Part shown: positions 14,191 to 39,972 of the stretch, in pieces
Layout: each line of letters starts with the position of its first letter
Position numbering within the stretch: the first letter of the stretch is position 1
DNA from: the human T2T-CHM13v2.0 reference genome, Homo sapiens
Assembly (NCBI RefSeq): GCF_009914755.1
Contig: NC_060926.1
Length of the DNA: 64,000 bases
Strand: one strand, 5' to 3'
Position numbers and translations under genes: made by a program
The notes under the pieces: model-generated
Told to the model about the DNA's origin: nothing
Databases searched by the model: none
What the model saw: the letters and a program-made list of their open reading frames with translations, nothing else

Positions 14191-14724
14191 TCTAGACTAA
14201 TGTTCTAGATGTCAGCCCCTAGAAATTACAAATATTTTCCCCTAGTCTGCACCAGTCTTAAATTTGTCCATAGAGCCCTTGGTTGAACATAAATTTTCAT
14301 ATTTGATGTAACCAAAATTATAATTTTTTCCTTATAACTTCTGCTTTTGAAGGTTTGGTTAAGTCCTTCCATAGCCTTAAGTCTCAAAAGATGTTCTCTT
14401 ACATTTCTGTCTGTTAGTTTTATAGCTTTAAGTCTTTATTCCATGTGAAGTACAGCATTTTTCTATGGTGTTAGGTAGAGATTTGGCTTTATTTTTTTCT
14501 TTTTTTTTTTTTTTCATTTTCTGAGTCACTTTCTCAACACCAAATACTAGACAGTCAGTGCTGAATGCTCGTGAATATAGACGTCTGCCTCCAGTGTCTC
14601 TATTCTGGTCCATGCCCTGGTTGACTGTTCTTGTTCCAGCACGGCACTCTTCTTAGCTGTATATTTGGTAGCGTGTTTTAGATACTTGTGGATCTTTCAT
14701 CTCCTAGATAAATTTCAGAGGGAG

Positions 14725-15100
14725 TGCCCTAGTGCTGCTGGAATGAGCTACCACAAACGTGGTGGCTCAAACCAATGGAAAGTATTCTCTGCATTCCAGA
14801 GGCCGGAATTCTGAAATCAAGGTGTTGGCAGGGCCATGCTCCCTCCAGCCCCAGGAAGAACAGTTCCCCACCTCCTCCTGGCTTCTGGGGACCTTGGCAT
14901 TCCTTGGCATTTTTTAGGTTGCAGCTGTATTGCTTCCATCTCTGCCTCGGTCTTCACACAGCTTTCTTAGAAGGATACCAGCAGCAGTATGACCTCATCT
15001 TAACTAATTACATCTGCAAAGACCCTATTTCTTAAAAAGGTCACATTCTCATGTTTTGGGTGGGCATGAATTTCAGGGGGAAACTACTTAACCTAATACA
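14725..15100 (-). mobile_element. MLT1 LTR (MLT1B/C-like)
   Basis: TCTGAAATCAAGGTGTTGGCAGGGCCATGCTCCCTC...TATGACCTCATCTTAACTAATTACATCTGCAAAGACCCTATTTC. Confidence 0.8.
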
Positions 15101-15250
15101 GCAAGTTTATCAACTTAAAAAAAATTCAAATTTGCTTTGGAATTGTATTGAATTTACAGATTGAAATTTGTAAGAATTGATATCTTGTCATATTAAACCA
15201 TCCCATTCAAGGGTATGTCTGTCTCTTCATTCATTGAGATCATCCTTATT

Positions 15251-15755
15251 ACAGTCTCCGACTTACAATGGTTTGACTCATAATTTCTCAACTTTATGAT
15301 GGCGGAAAAGCTATATGCACCCAGTATAACCTATACTTTGAATTTTGAGTTTTGATCTTTCCCTGGGCTAGCAAATTACAGCGCGATACTCTCTTGTGAC
15401 GCTGGGCAGCAGTGGTGGGCACAGCTCCCAGTCAGCCTCTCAATCACAAGGGTGAACACCGATGCTGTGCTCTCCAGTGTACATATTCAGTGAATTATAC
15501 AAGATATTCAACACTTTATTATAAATAGGCTTAGTTGTTTTGTGTTACACGATTTTGTCCAACTATAGGCTAATGTAAGTGTTCTGAGCACATTTAAGGT
15601 AGACTAGGCTAAGTTATGACAGCCTAGTCCATCTTGTGATAGATTTATGATAGCCTAGATGATGATATTCAGTAGGTTGGGTGTATTAAATGCATATTTT
15701 CAACTTATGATGGGTTTATAAGAACATAATCCCCGCATAAGTCAGGGAGCATGTG
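15251..15755. mobile_element. MER47 (Tigger-family) DNA transposon relic
   Basis: Terminal inverted repeats CAGTCTCCGACTTACAATGG... and ...CATAAGTCAGGGAGCATGTG; internal CGATACTCTCTTGTGACGCTGGGCAGC. Confidence 0.75.
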
Positions 15756-15759
15756 CAAA

Positions 15760-20270
<4,511 letters not shown>

Positions 20271-20278
20271 TTTAATTA

Positions 20279-21547
<1,269 letters not shown>

Positions 21548-22455
21548 CTAGAGCCAGATGGACCTGAGTTCCATGGTGGCTCCTCCTCTTCCAGTAACCT
21601 CGGTTTTCCTCCAGAAAAGGGGACAGTTGTGAGGATGAAACGAGAGCTTGAATGGAAAGGGCCCAGCACACAGTAGGTGCTGCATTGCCATTTCTCCCTG
21701 TTGGCTCCCAGCCTCGCGGATAGGCACAGGTGGTCCTCAGCCCACCTGGCAGCCTCGCCTCCTGGCCCTGGGCAGCCCCTTCATTCCCCACCCAGAAAGC
21801 ACACAAACAAGCCCTCCTGGCCACTGTGAGGCCTGGTGCCTCTGATGTAATTCAGCTAAAGAATTCATGACTAGGTCATGCCCCTCCCAGACACTCCATC
21901 TCTTCCCACGACCCTTTCCCAGCTTTTGTTGGCATGAAGGACCTTAAAGCCAGAGAAAACCATGAGCAAGATATGGACACTACAACAATAGCAATTAAAT
22001 ATCTAAGGAAGATGTGGCCTTCCAGACAGGAAAACAGAATTAATCAGGAAATACAAATGACGGCGACGAAAGAAGCTAGCGATACAGCAGGAGCAACACT
22101 CAATGTTTTGCGCTTGTTTAATGCTCACAGTATCATGTGATGAAGGAGGCATTATTGTCATCCCCATCTTACAGATGAGGAAATCAAGGCACAGTGAGGT
22201 GATTTACCTAGATATTTTCATCTGCAAAGTGGGGATGATGCTGAGTGTTGGTGTGAGCATCAAATGCGTAACTACGCGTGAAGTGCTTAGAGCAGCTGGT
22301 GGGTTGGGAGCAGGGATCTATCTGAAGCCCCCTTCTGCGATGTGGTTTTTCCAGTTAAACATGATATTTTTGAGATTTGTCTATGTGACACTCATAGCTC
22401 TAGCTCATTCACTGCATGACCACACGGCAGTTCATCCATTCTTTTGTTGGACACT

Positions 22456-22890
22456 GTAGAAGTTGGGTCTTCCCAGAAGCAGATACCAAGACGAAGTTGG
22501 ACATATGAGACACTGACTGGGGGAAATGCCTATGAAGGAGACAGGGGGGTGAGCTGGAGAATGTTGCACTCAGATGCCTGGGAAAGGAGAGGGGAAGGAA
22601 AGAGGGTGGACAGGAAGAGTCTAGGGCTGCAGGGCCATTCTGGGAATTGTTGGGCCAGGCTGATAAGGAGTCCTCTAAACAATGTCACCATTACAGGCAT
22701 CCCACATCCCCCAGGAAAGGGGATGCCCAGATACCGCCTCCCTGTACTTCTATCTGGTGCTCCCACATCAAAGATTGGAGAAGCATGGCGTCAGGAAGGA
22801 TGAGGCGGAGGGAAGCTCACGACAGGCTGGGTCTGTCAACTGTGCTCCTCACAGCAGGAGTCTGAGCAGGGCCTTTCTACAGCTGCCATG
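22456..22890 (-). mobile_element. Old ERVL/MaLR-class LTR
   Basis: TGTAGAAGTTGGGTCTTCCCAGAAGCAGATACCAAGAC... resembles the reverse end of LTR33/LTR16-type elements. Confidence 0.5.
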
Positions 22891-23271
22891 GGCATGTGGG
22901 CTGTTTCACACTTCTCTCGGCTTTACCCCAAGGAGTAGGGGTGACAGCTGCTCCCACTGCGTGCTGACAGCATCGAATTTCTGGGCCTCATACATTCACT
23001 GGGGGTGAAAAAGCCAGCCTTGGGCCTCTCAGAGGCCAGCCCCCAGTCTATCCCCCAAGAGGACACACACTTCCTGACATCTCCTTGTGACTGGGAGAAC
23101 ACACATTTGCTACACAGGTATGGGACCCTCTCTCCTCACAAATATTTTAAAAGGGTTCTACCTTAGGGTAACCCAAGGGCCTGCCTCCCCCCATTTTAGC
23201 CAATGGTCATATCCTCTTAGTCTCAATTTAGGGAAAGGACAGGCAGTCTATTCCCTCCAATATAATACTTG

Positions 23272-23645
23272 GTGCTGTGGTTGAATGTCCCCTCCAAAAC
23301 TCATGTTGAAATTTAATTACCATTGTGAAGACCTTAAGAGATGGGTGATTAGGCCATGAAGCCTCTGCCCTCATGAGTGAAACAATATTGTTATTGCAGG
23401 AGTGAGCTAGTCACTGAGGGAATGGGTTCCTGATAAAAGGGTGAAGTTCAGTCCCCATCTTCCCTCCTACCCTCCACCTTCCACCTTGGGATAACTCAAT
23501 ATGAAGGCCCTCGCTAGATGCCAGAGCCATGCCCTTGGACTTCCCAGAGCTATGAACCAAATAAACCCTTTTCTTTATAAATTGCCCAGTCTGTGGTGTT
23601 CTAACAGTAAAAAACAAACAAACAAACAAAAAAAGGAATAAGACA
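23272..23645 (+). mobile_element. MST (MSTB-like) MaLR solo LTR
   Basis: TGCTGTGGTTGAATGTCCCCTCCAAAACTCATGTTGAAATTT...AAATAAAC...CCCAGTCTGTGGTGTTCT...TAAGACA. Confidence 0.85.
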
Positions 23646-24599
23646 CTTGGGCTTCTCCTTCCAAGTCCCTGTCAGCCCCAGGACTGCACATACTCCTGGG
23701 GGGAGACAGGCAAGGAGCCAAAATGTATTTGATCCTTTAAGTCAGCGGAATCCAAGAGCATTTGAGGGAGTCAGGAGGGGTCCTGAACAGAAAGCCAGGA
23801 AGATGTTTAGGGCCAGAAACGGGGATTAGGAAGTGCCCTCCTCTCGTGGTCAGTCTCCATCTCAATCACTGTGTCCAAGTTGGCCCTTTTTTTGTTGAGA
23901 ACTTTGTGGGGAATGGGGACTGTTCAGGTGATCCGCCTCCATGTCAAGCCATAAATGGCTCAGCTTGAGGCAGAAGGGAGTCTTGGCTGGGATTCAGCGA
24001 TTCCAGATCTGGTCCCAACCATACCATGGGCTGCTGTGTGGCTGCAGGCAAGTCACACAAAGCCTCTGCGCCTCAGTTTCCTGGCTATAAAATGAGAATG
24101 TCACCCCCTGCTGTGCCCCTCGCACTTCACACAGATCTGAGAGAAACAAGCTGGCTGCGCCAGAAAACCACAGAGGCACCACCTCTAGATTCCTGTGGAG
24201 ATCCTACCACCCATTCCTTCAAAGGAAGGGACTGGGGAGCAGGGCAGCTGGCAGCAGAGGCTAATCTGCTGTGCAGGTCTGTGGAGGAAGGGACCGTGCG
24301 CGGTTCTCTTCCCTCTGCCTCCAGGCTTAGGAGTCATCCCCCACACGCGGGACCCCCAGTCCCCACTGTAGACTTCTTCCAAGTGGAATTTCTTCAACAG
24401 TTGATCAGCAGGGGGGTCAGGGCGTGCAGTGCAGGGGTGGGGGTGGGGGTTGCGAGAGGAGTGCCATCAGGGAGTAATGCTGGCGAGGCCTCATGAGGAC
24501 AGCACGCTGGGGCCCTGTGTGCGATGGGCGCCAGGGGCAGGTGACATGGTGGACCCGGTCTCCCCCTTCCCTCTCCAATTGATCTAACAGAAAGCCTGA

Positions 24600-24850
24600 T
24601 GTGAAAGTCTGGACGAGGGAATTTTCCCATATCTGCAGGAAAGCCCCGTAGCAGGTCCCTGGAGCCAGCCCGGGCAGGCCTCCGCTTACAGGACGCTAAA
24701 GATCCCTGGTTGCAGTTCTACTTTCTTTTTACTGCGTGTATTCTGCCCCTGTGATAATGATTCATTACACGCTTCCTCCATTGTTTTACTCCAGTGACCT
24801 CACGTCAAGGGAACCTGTGATCTCAGGCTTCTAGGAAAGCGAAACTTAGC
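24600..24850. promoter_or_regulatory. Candidate inducible enhancer (2x NF-kB, CRE-like, GAS/BCL6 overlapping an ISRE)
   Basis: GGGAATTTTCCC 24617-24628; GGAAAGCCCC 24638-24647; TCACGTCA 24800-24807; TTCTAGGAA 24829-24837; GAAAGCGAAACT 24835-24846. No repeat recognised here. Confidence 0.55.
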
Positions 24851-25284
24851 CGCAGCCTGCCTCTCTCCCAGCCTGCCTTACAAGCACTGTGAGTTGCTGG
24901 CTGGCCGAGGCCCTGGCAGATCAGACCTCCTGCAGCCCCAGGGATGGCACGGGCACCGCCACTCACGCAGCCGGTAGAGCGCTCCTAGGGCAGGCCCATC
25001 TCGCTTCCCTCTCGCCTCTCCCCCCCGCTTTTGCTTGGGCCAATCCGACCTCCTCACCTCCTCGTAGCTCCCCCAGCACACCTTGCCTTTGCCATCTCTG
25101 CATGTGCCGCGCCTGCTGTCTGGAAGACCGGCATCCATTCCCCTCTGCCTTCCAAACTCTCCCTGTAGGACCAGCTCAAAAGGCATCTCCTCTTCAGCTG
25201 TTCCTGCTGCCAGGGCTAATATCGTCTTCCTCTTTTTTCCCCACTAGCGCTTCTTTGTCTATTTTGGAGAGGTTTTGTTTTGGA

Positions 25285-25835
25285 TAACTTTTTAATTGAG
25301 ATGTAACTCACATTATCATAATATTCGTCTTTTTTAAATGCACAGTTCAATGGTTTTTAGTATTCTATTCACAAAGTTGTGCAACTATCAGCATAATTAA
25401 TTTCAGGATATTTTCCTCACCCTAAAAAGAAACTCCGTACCCTTTAGTTGTCACTCCTCATTTCTGCCTCTCCCCAGCCTCTGAAACCCACTAATCTACT
25501 TTCTGTTTCTGGATTTGCCTATTGTAGACATTTCATATGGATGGAATCGTGCATATATGGCCTTTGGTGACTAGTTTCCTTCTCTTAGCATAACATTTTC
25601 AAGGCTCATCATGATGTAGCCTGAATCAGTATTTCATTCCTTTTTAAGGATCAAATAATATTCATTTCTACCTTGGGGCCATTATGAATAATTCTTCCAT
25701 CAACATTTGTGTACAAATTGTGTGTGGAAGTGTTTCCAATTCCCTTGGGTATATATGTAGGAGTGGAATCGCTGGCTCATACAGTCCTTCTGTGTTTAAG
25801 TTTTTGAGGAGCCACCACTGTTTCCCAAAGCAACT
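25285..25835 (-). mobile_element. L1MB-type 3' end
   Basis: TTTTTAATTGAGATGTAACTCACA...GTTCAATGGTTTTTAGTAT...CACTAATCTACTTTCTGTTTCT... Confidence 0.85.
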
Positions 25836-26102
25836 GTTTTTGGCTTTTTAACCAATATGTAAGCTCATTCTCATTGTTAAAAAAAAAAAAAAAAAAGTCC
25901 CCACATGCCAGTGAAATGTTCAAGTCCTCCCAATCACATCCCCATCCCAGTCCTTTCCCAGGGTCACTTCTCTTACCCTCCTGGACCCTTTGCCATTCAT
26001 ATACCAACACACACACACATTATTTTATGCATTTTTATATTCATGACATTTACTGTATGCTACATCCTGTATGTCAGAAACATAATGAAAACGTATTCCT
26101 TG

Positions 26103-26971
<869 letters not shown>

Positions 26972-27224
26972 CAGTGTAAAAGTTTTCTAACTGAAATGTT
27001 GTACCCTTTCACCATTTCACCATCCAACCAAGTTCTATTTTGTTGGTGTCTTGCTGCTGTCTTAATTTGCACTTCCCAGGCTCTTGCAAAGTTTATTCTC
27101 ATGTTTATTGACCCCATAAGTGATTGGATTGATTTCTCCGTATGTGATCTTGGACACTCACTGTGAGCTATCTGTGCTTTTCTTATTGATTGTAGGAGTA
27201 AGTGTTTTGTAAGTTTCAACATCA

Positions 27225-29300
<2,076 letters not shown>

Positions 29301-29304
29301 TCAG

Positions 29305-30750
<1,446 letters not shown>

Positions 30751-30789
30751 ATATGTGCATATTATTATAGTAAATATGCTTCAATTAAA

Positions 30790-35230
<4,441 letters not shown>

Positions 35231-36279
35231 TCCACCTCTGGTTAGAGATGTTTTCTAAAATCAGGCTTTCTAGATGTTACCTAATAAGGTAGTGTTCACT
35301 GGAATTAGGATTAAAGTACTGCCCTCACCTTGAAGCTGTCTGGGCATAGGGGGGAAAAATAAGACATTTAAAGGATGAAAATACTTGCTTTAGGATCCAT
35401 AGAAATCATTCCAAAGTATTGGGGTGATTGGAGGCCCTTGGTAAAAGTCAGTGGGCTACCGGGACTCACACAAGGCCCCTGACAACCATTCCAGTGCACT
35501 CTTGGGAACTTCCCCTGGGAGATGCCTTTTCCAGGGAAAGGGAGCTGCCAGTTTTGAGTCCTTCTTCTAAGTTAGAAGTTGAATGTTCATGCTCCTCACA
35601 ACTTACCAGCAAGAAAATTATCCTACTTCCATTTTACAGATGATGAAACTGAGGCTCACGGAGGTCAACTCACATGCCCCAGGTCAGAGCACTTGTGGGT
35701 GGTAGTGAGGGGATCCCACTCCAGAGTGAAAGATACTCAGGTGTCATCAAATCCAGCATCCTGACCTTCTGTTTGGCTATGCGATGGGCAGAAAGGCAGT
35801 GTGTGGAGGTGCCCATACTTTCCATTTGGGGCACAATAGGTTCGGATTCCCTTCACATAGCCCTCTCCCCCAGGAGTGGCCTCCACAGCAGCCACAGAGC
35901 AGGGGACAACAGCAAAGTCACAGGCACAGCCTGCCACTGCCAGACACCTGCTGAGGTGGGCTCCCAGGCCGGCCAACTCCTGCCTTCAGTCGGGGGTCAG
36001 AGCCTCCAGGCAGTGCCCCAAAATCAAGGGTGGCAAGGGCAAAAAGTCTGGTTGGGACTTAAGGACTGGGATTATAAGACTACCCCCTTCATGTGCTCAG
36101 TCCATGGGCCCGAGCGCCCAGAGGCCCACCCAGGCCACCTACAAGCCCAGATTGTGGGGAAGACAGAATGGCATGTCTCCAAATGCTGCATCATCCCGAA
36201 CAGCCCACAGCTCCTACCCCACTCCCAGACTGCAAGCAAGAGGATACAGGCACTACAAAATCATTCAGGAAACACAAAC

Positions 36280-36285
36280 TTTATT
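36280..36285 (-). terminator. NEURL3: NEURL3 polyadenylation signal AATAAA; 3' UTR ~36262-36861
   Basis: TTTATT on the + strand, about 580 nt downstream of the stop codon, with GT/T-rich sequence (GTTTGTGTTTCC...GATTTTGTAGTG) following it on the minus strand. Confidence 0.8.
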
Positions 36286-36861
36286 TTGATATCTCAGAAA
36301 CTGGCAAGGAAATTACCACAGTGACAACAATACACTTTCATGTTTTAAATCATCTTCAGATGCATGGTCTCTCTGGGACCTCATGACCACCCTGAAAGGG
36401 AGGCAGGGCGGGTAACTACAGATCCACTCTACTGGGGACTTGTGGGAGGCAACCCAGCTTCCATGTGGAACTTTATACATTCCTTGCAGATACCTCCTGC
36501 TTCAAGTCCAGGTTCTTCAATACCCAGGAGGTACAGGGCTTCACCAGTCACAACAGATACCTGAACTCCCTCAGATGTAAAACTGATTGGGGATTGGGCC
36601 ACCCCATCTCTAAACAAAGCACCCCATCAGAAGGATAGTTCTGGCATGGACAGAAAGAGGGGTTTTTCCTTGCTATCCTGTTGGGGAACAGGTGGAGGCA
36701 GCAGACAGCACCTCCCTGCCTTCCTCTCTCTGCCGCACCTCTTGCTAATCAGCCTTTCTGACTCTTCCCCAGAAAGAAGGTAGGGCTGCGCCTCCTTCCT
36801 CTCTGCAGGGGCCAGACTCAGATCTAGGCCCGGGCTGCCACTCATACTGGGAAGCCTCCTT

Positions 36862-37064
36862 TCATGAGCCTTCCTCAACCCTCAGAGCAGGAGGGCCCTG
36901 CGCAGGGGCTACCGCCTCTATCTGCCAGCGGCACACAGGGCACTTGGCCGTATCGCTGAAGACCCGCCAGGCACAGTATCTGCAGAAGTATGTGTGGCCG
37001 CAGGGCACAAGGCGGGTGTTGGCAGCGTGATAGAAGCAGATGGCACACTCCTCTCCTGGTGTGG
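36862..37064 (-). CDS. NEURL3: NEURL3 coding exon 4: C3HC4 RING finger and stop
   Basis: Acceptor TTCCAG|CC. Encodes (A)TPGEECAICFYHAANTRLVPCGHTYFCRYCAWRVFSDTAKCPVCRWQIEAVAPAQGPPALRVEEGS*; TGA at 36864-36862. Confidence 0.97.
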
Positions 37065-37399
37065 CTGGAAGAGGGAGCAACACAGGTCAGGGCACATGGG
37101 GGAAGGGGTGGGCAACCCGCTCACAATGTGACCACAGAGAATGACAGAGAAACATGTAGCTATATTTTGAAGAATGTTACCTAGTGAGGAAATGCTTACA
37201 GTGTAATCAAGTGAAAAAAAGGGGGAAGAAAACCATTTTTTATATACATATATTCCAATTCCAATTTAGAGAGAAGGAAAACGCAGCACAGACAAGTCCC
37301 TATATACACACGTCTATATCGATGACCGAAAATACTGGGAGGAAATCCACCCAAGAGGTAATGGGTGCTTTTTTTTTAACTTTCCTCTTTATCCTTTAA

Positions 37400-37785
<386 letters not shown>

Positions 37786-37995
37786 TAAAAGTGCTCTTAT
37801 AACTCACAGAGTAGGCAAATGCTCTCGAAGGCAGAGATGCCAGGTTGCTTTTAGGTTTCCAGTAGGCAGAGCCAAATCTTTTGGCCCAAAGCCTGTGAGA
37901 GACTTGAATGAACAACCAGTAGGACGTGGGGCTTCTCCCTCCACTCCCAGGTGCTGGATTCCCGGGGAGTCCCTGATTCTTGGGAAGGCACTCAC

Positions 37996-38067
37996 CTTTG
38001 GGCTCAGGCACAGCCTTGTTGCTGAGGTCCCATGGCATGGGTGTTGGGAGCCGGCTGGCTGTGGGAT
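37996..38067 (-). CDS. NEURL3: NEURL3 coding exon 3 (72-nt linker)
   Basis: Acceptor CTCTCTCTGCCTCAG|AT, donor AAAG|GTGAGT. Encodes (D)PTASRLPTPMPWDLSNKAVPEPK and keeps phase 1. Confidence 0.93.
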
Positions 38068-39056
38068 CTGAGGCAGAGAGAGAAACTCAGGTCCAGGACG
38101 GCAAGCCCAGGTGCCCCCCCATCCCCGCCCCTGGCCCCGCAGCAAAGTGTCCGGTCTCCTTTCTTTCCTGGGTTGCAATGCTGAGCCCCCATCCCCAAAT
38201 TTTAAGACCCTGTCCTGGCCATCCCTTCCCCAGCTTGACCCAGCTGAGAATCCGAGAATCCTTGGGGCTGGAGATTCCTCCTCCTGAGCCACCTTCCTTC
38301 AGGCCCCTCTTCTTTGCCCTCCAGCCGCTGCCTGAGTGGAGACCCTCGGCCGAGCCACATTCCCAACCCAGATGGGCATCAACATCTCCCAAGAGCCTGG
38401 ACAAACACAGGTTCAGGGCTCCACTCCAGACCCAGCAAATCAGGTGCTTCAGGTGTGAGGCGCTGGCAGCTGTGACAAATGGTTTTAACAAATTTGCTGG
38501 CAGGAGGCGGGGAGTGGACCACCACCCGGCCCAGGAATGCCAATATTTCTTGTTATGGGTATTACTGCCTCTCTGTGCTCTCCTGAAATCCACCTTCTTC
38601 TGGGGTGGCTAAAGGGATGGCTCTCTTTTCCCCCCCACTGACTGAGAGGCTCAGCTTTCTCCCTGCAGGCACTCTCCATGCGCACCTCTAGCCTCACCTG
38701 TGTGTTCCCTTTGCTTGCCACCTTTGTATCTAGTGAACTCCTATTTAGGCTGCAAAGCCAGCCCAAATGTTTCTTCCTTTGTAAAAGGAGATGGACACTC
38801 TAACAGGTGTTTGAGTAACAGATGGTGTGAGTGCTGGTCCTATCTGCTTATCATTCTTTAGGGACAAGACTGCCCTCCCTACGACTGAGCCTTGTCTATC
38901 TGGCGTCTCCAGTGCCCATCTTCACAGCTAACACTGGGCAGGGGCTGATGGAATAACTGAATGTGAACGTTCTTCCTGTGGCTCTGGATCGGTGTGGGGT
39001 GCCACTGGAGCCCCCATCTCCCCACCTCCCCTGCGGGGTCCCCATGGTCGCCTCAC

Positions 39057-39542
39057 CCAGCAGCTCGATGGCCTTAGTGGTCCCATACACGTCCATCACG
39101 GCCCAGAGCGGGGCGCCGACGGGCACGCCCTCACGCAGCAGGAGCCGGCAGCCGGCGTTGACCTTGGCGAAGAGGCAGCCGCGGCGGTCCACCCAGAAGC
39201 GGACCAAGTCCCCAGTGAGCGCGCAGCCCTCAGGCAGCACGGCCGCCCACGTCGGGCTCTGCTCCTCCAGGTCGGGGCACAGGAAGGGCGGCAGGCTGGG
39301 CACGGACACGCACGCGGGGTCCAGGCGCGTGAAGCCCACGCGGAGGCCGCCGCACCAGCCGCTCTCCTCCCGCAGCACTCGCAGCGCCACACGCTCGCCC
39401 AGGCGCACCGGCCGCTGGCTGAACACGATGCCGTCGTGGAACGTGGTGCGCCTGTGCGCGATGCAGCCACGCGTGTCCAGACGCACCTGTGCGCCCTTGG
39501 CCTCGGCATGGAAGCGAAGTGCCTCTCGGGGCGCCTTGGCGT
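39057..39542 (-). CDS. NEURL3: NEURL3 coding exon 2: neuralized homology repeat (NHR) domain
   Basis: Acceptor CCCACAG|AC, donor CTGG|GTGAGG, 486 nt. LRFH...G...FHDGIVFSQRPV...WCGGLRVGFT..DP...PLWAVMDVYGTT is a classic NHR signature. Confidence 0.97.
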
Positions 39543-39825
39543 CTGTGGGTTGAGGATGGGGAGTGTCAGTGCTAACCGGGTCTGGACCCACCAGCTCCCC
39601 AGAGAGCCCCCAGTATCCCAGAGTCCCTCACACCTGGGAGCACCTTGACCTTCCCCTAGGGACCATTTCCACCTCTCTCGGTTCCTGCAGGGTTGTTATG
39701 AAAACTATAGGAACTGATGTCTCTTTGTACTCTTCCTGCGACCAATCTAGTAATGGTTATTATTGTTCAAGAGAAAGAGTAGGGTTAGTCAGGCATAAAT
39801 ATCTATATGTTTGTTATACACGGTT

Positions 39826-39972
39826 TTTTTGTTTGTTTTGTTTTGTTTTGTTTTCAGAGATGAGTTCTTGCTGTGTTGCCCAGGCTGGTCTTGAACTCTT
39901 GGCCTCAAGTGATCCTCCTGCCTCTGCCTCCCAAAGCGCTAGGATTACAGGCATGAGCCACTGCGCCCAGCC
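39826..39972 (-). mobile_element. Alu monomer (FLAM) in NEURL3 intron 1
   Basis: (TTTTG)n tail then a reverse left-arm Alu. Confidence 0.85.

Noticed and set aside
24185-24500. Minus-strand peptide LLKKFHLEEVYSGDWG as a possible pseudogene exon
   Set aside because: I could not match it to a known family, and there are no convincing splice sites or partner exons. A tblastn search would settle it.
38963-39648. Plus-strand ORFs of 196 and 218 aa antisense to NEURL3 exon 2
   Set aside because: Shadow ORFs of a very GC-rich coding exon, with no domain or splice support.
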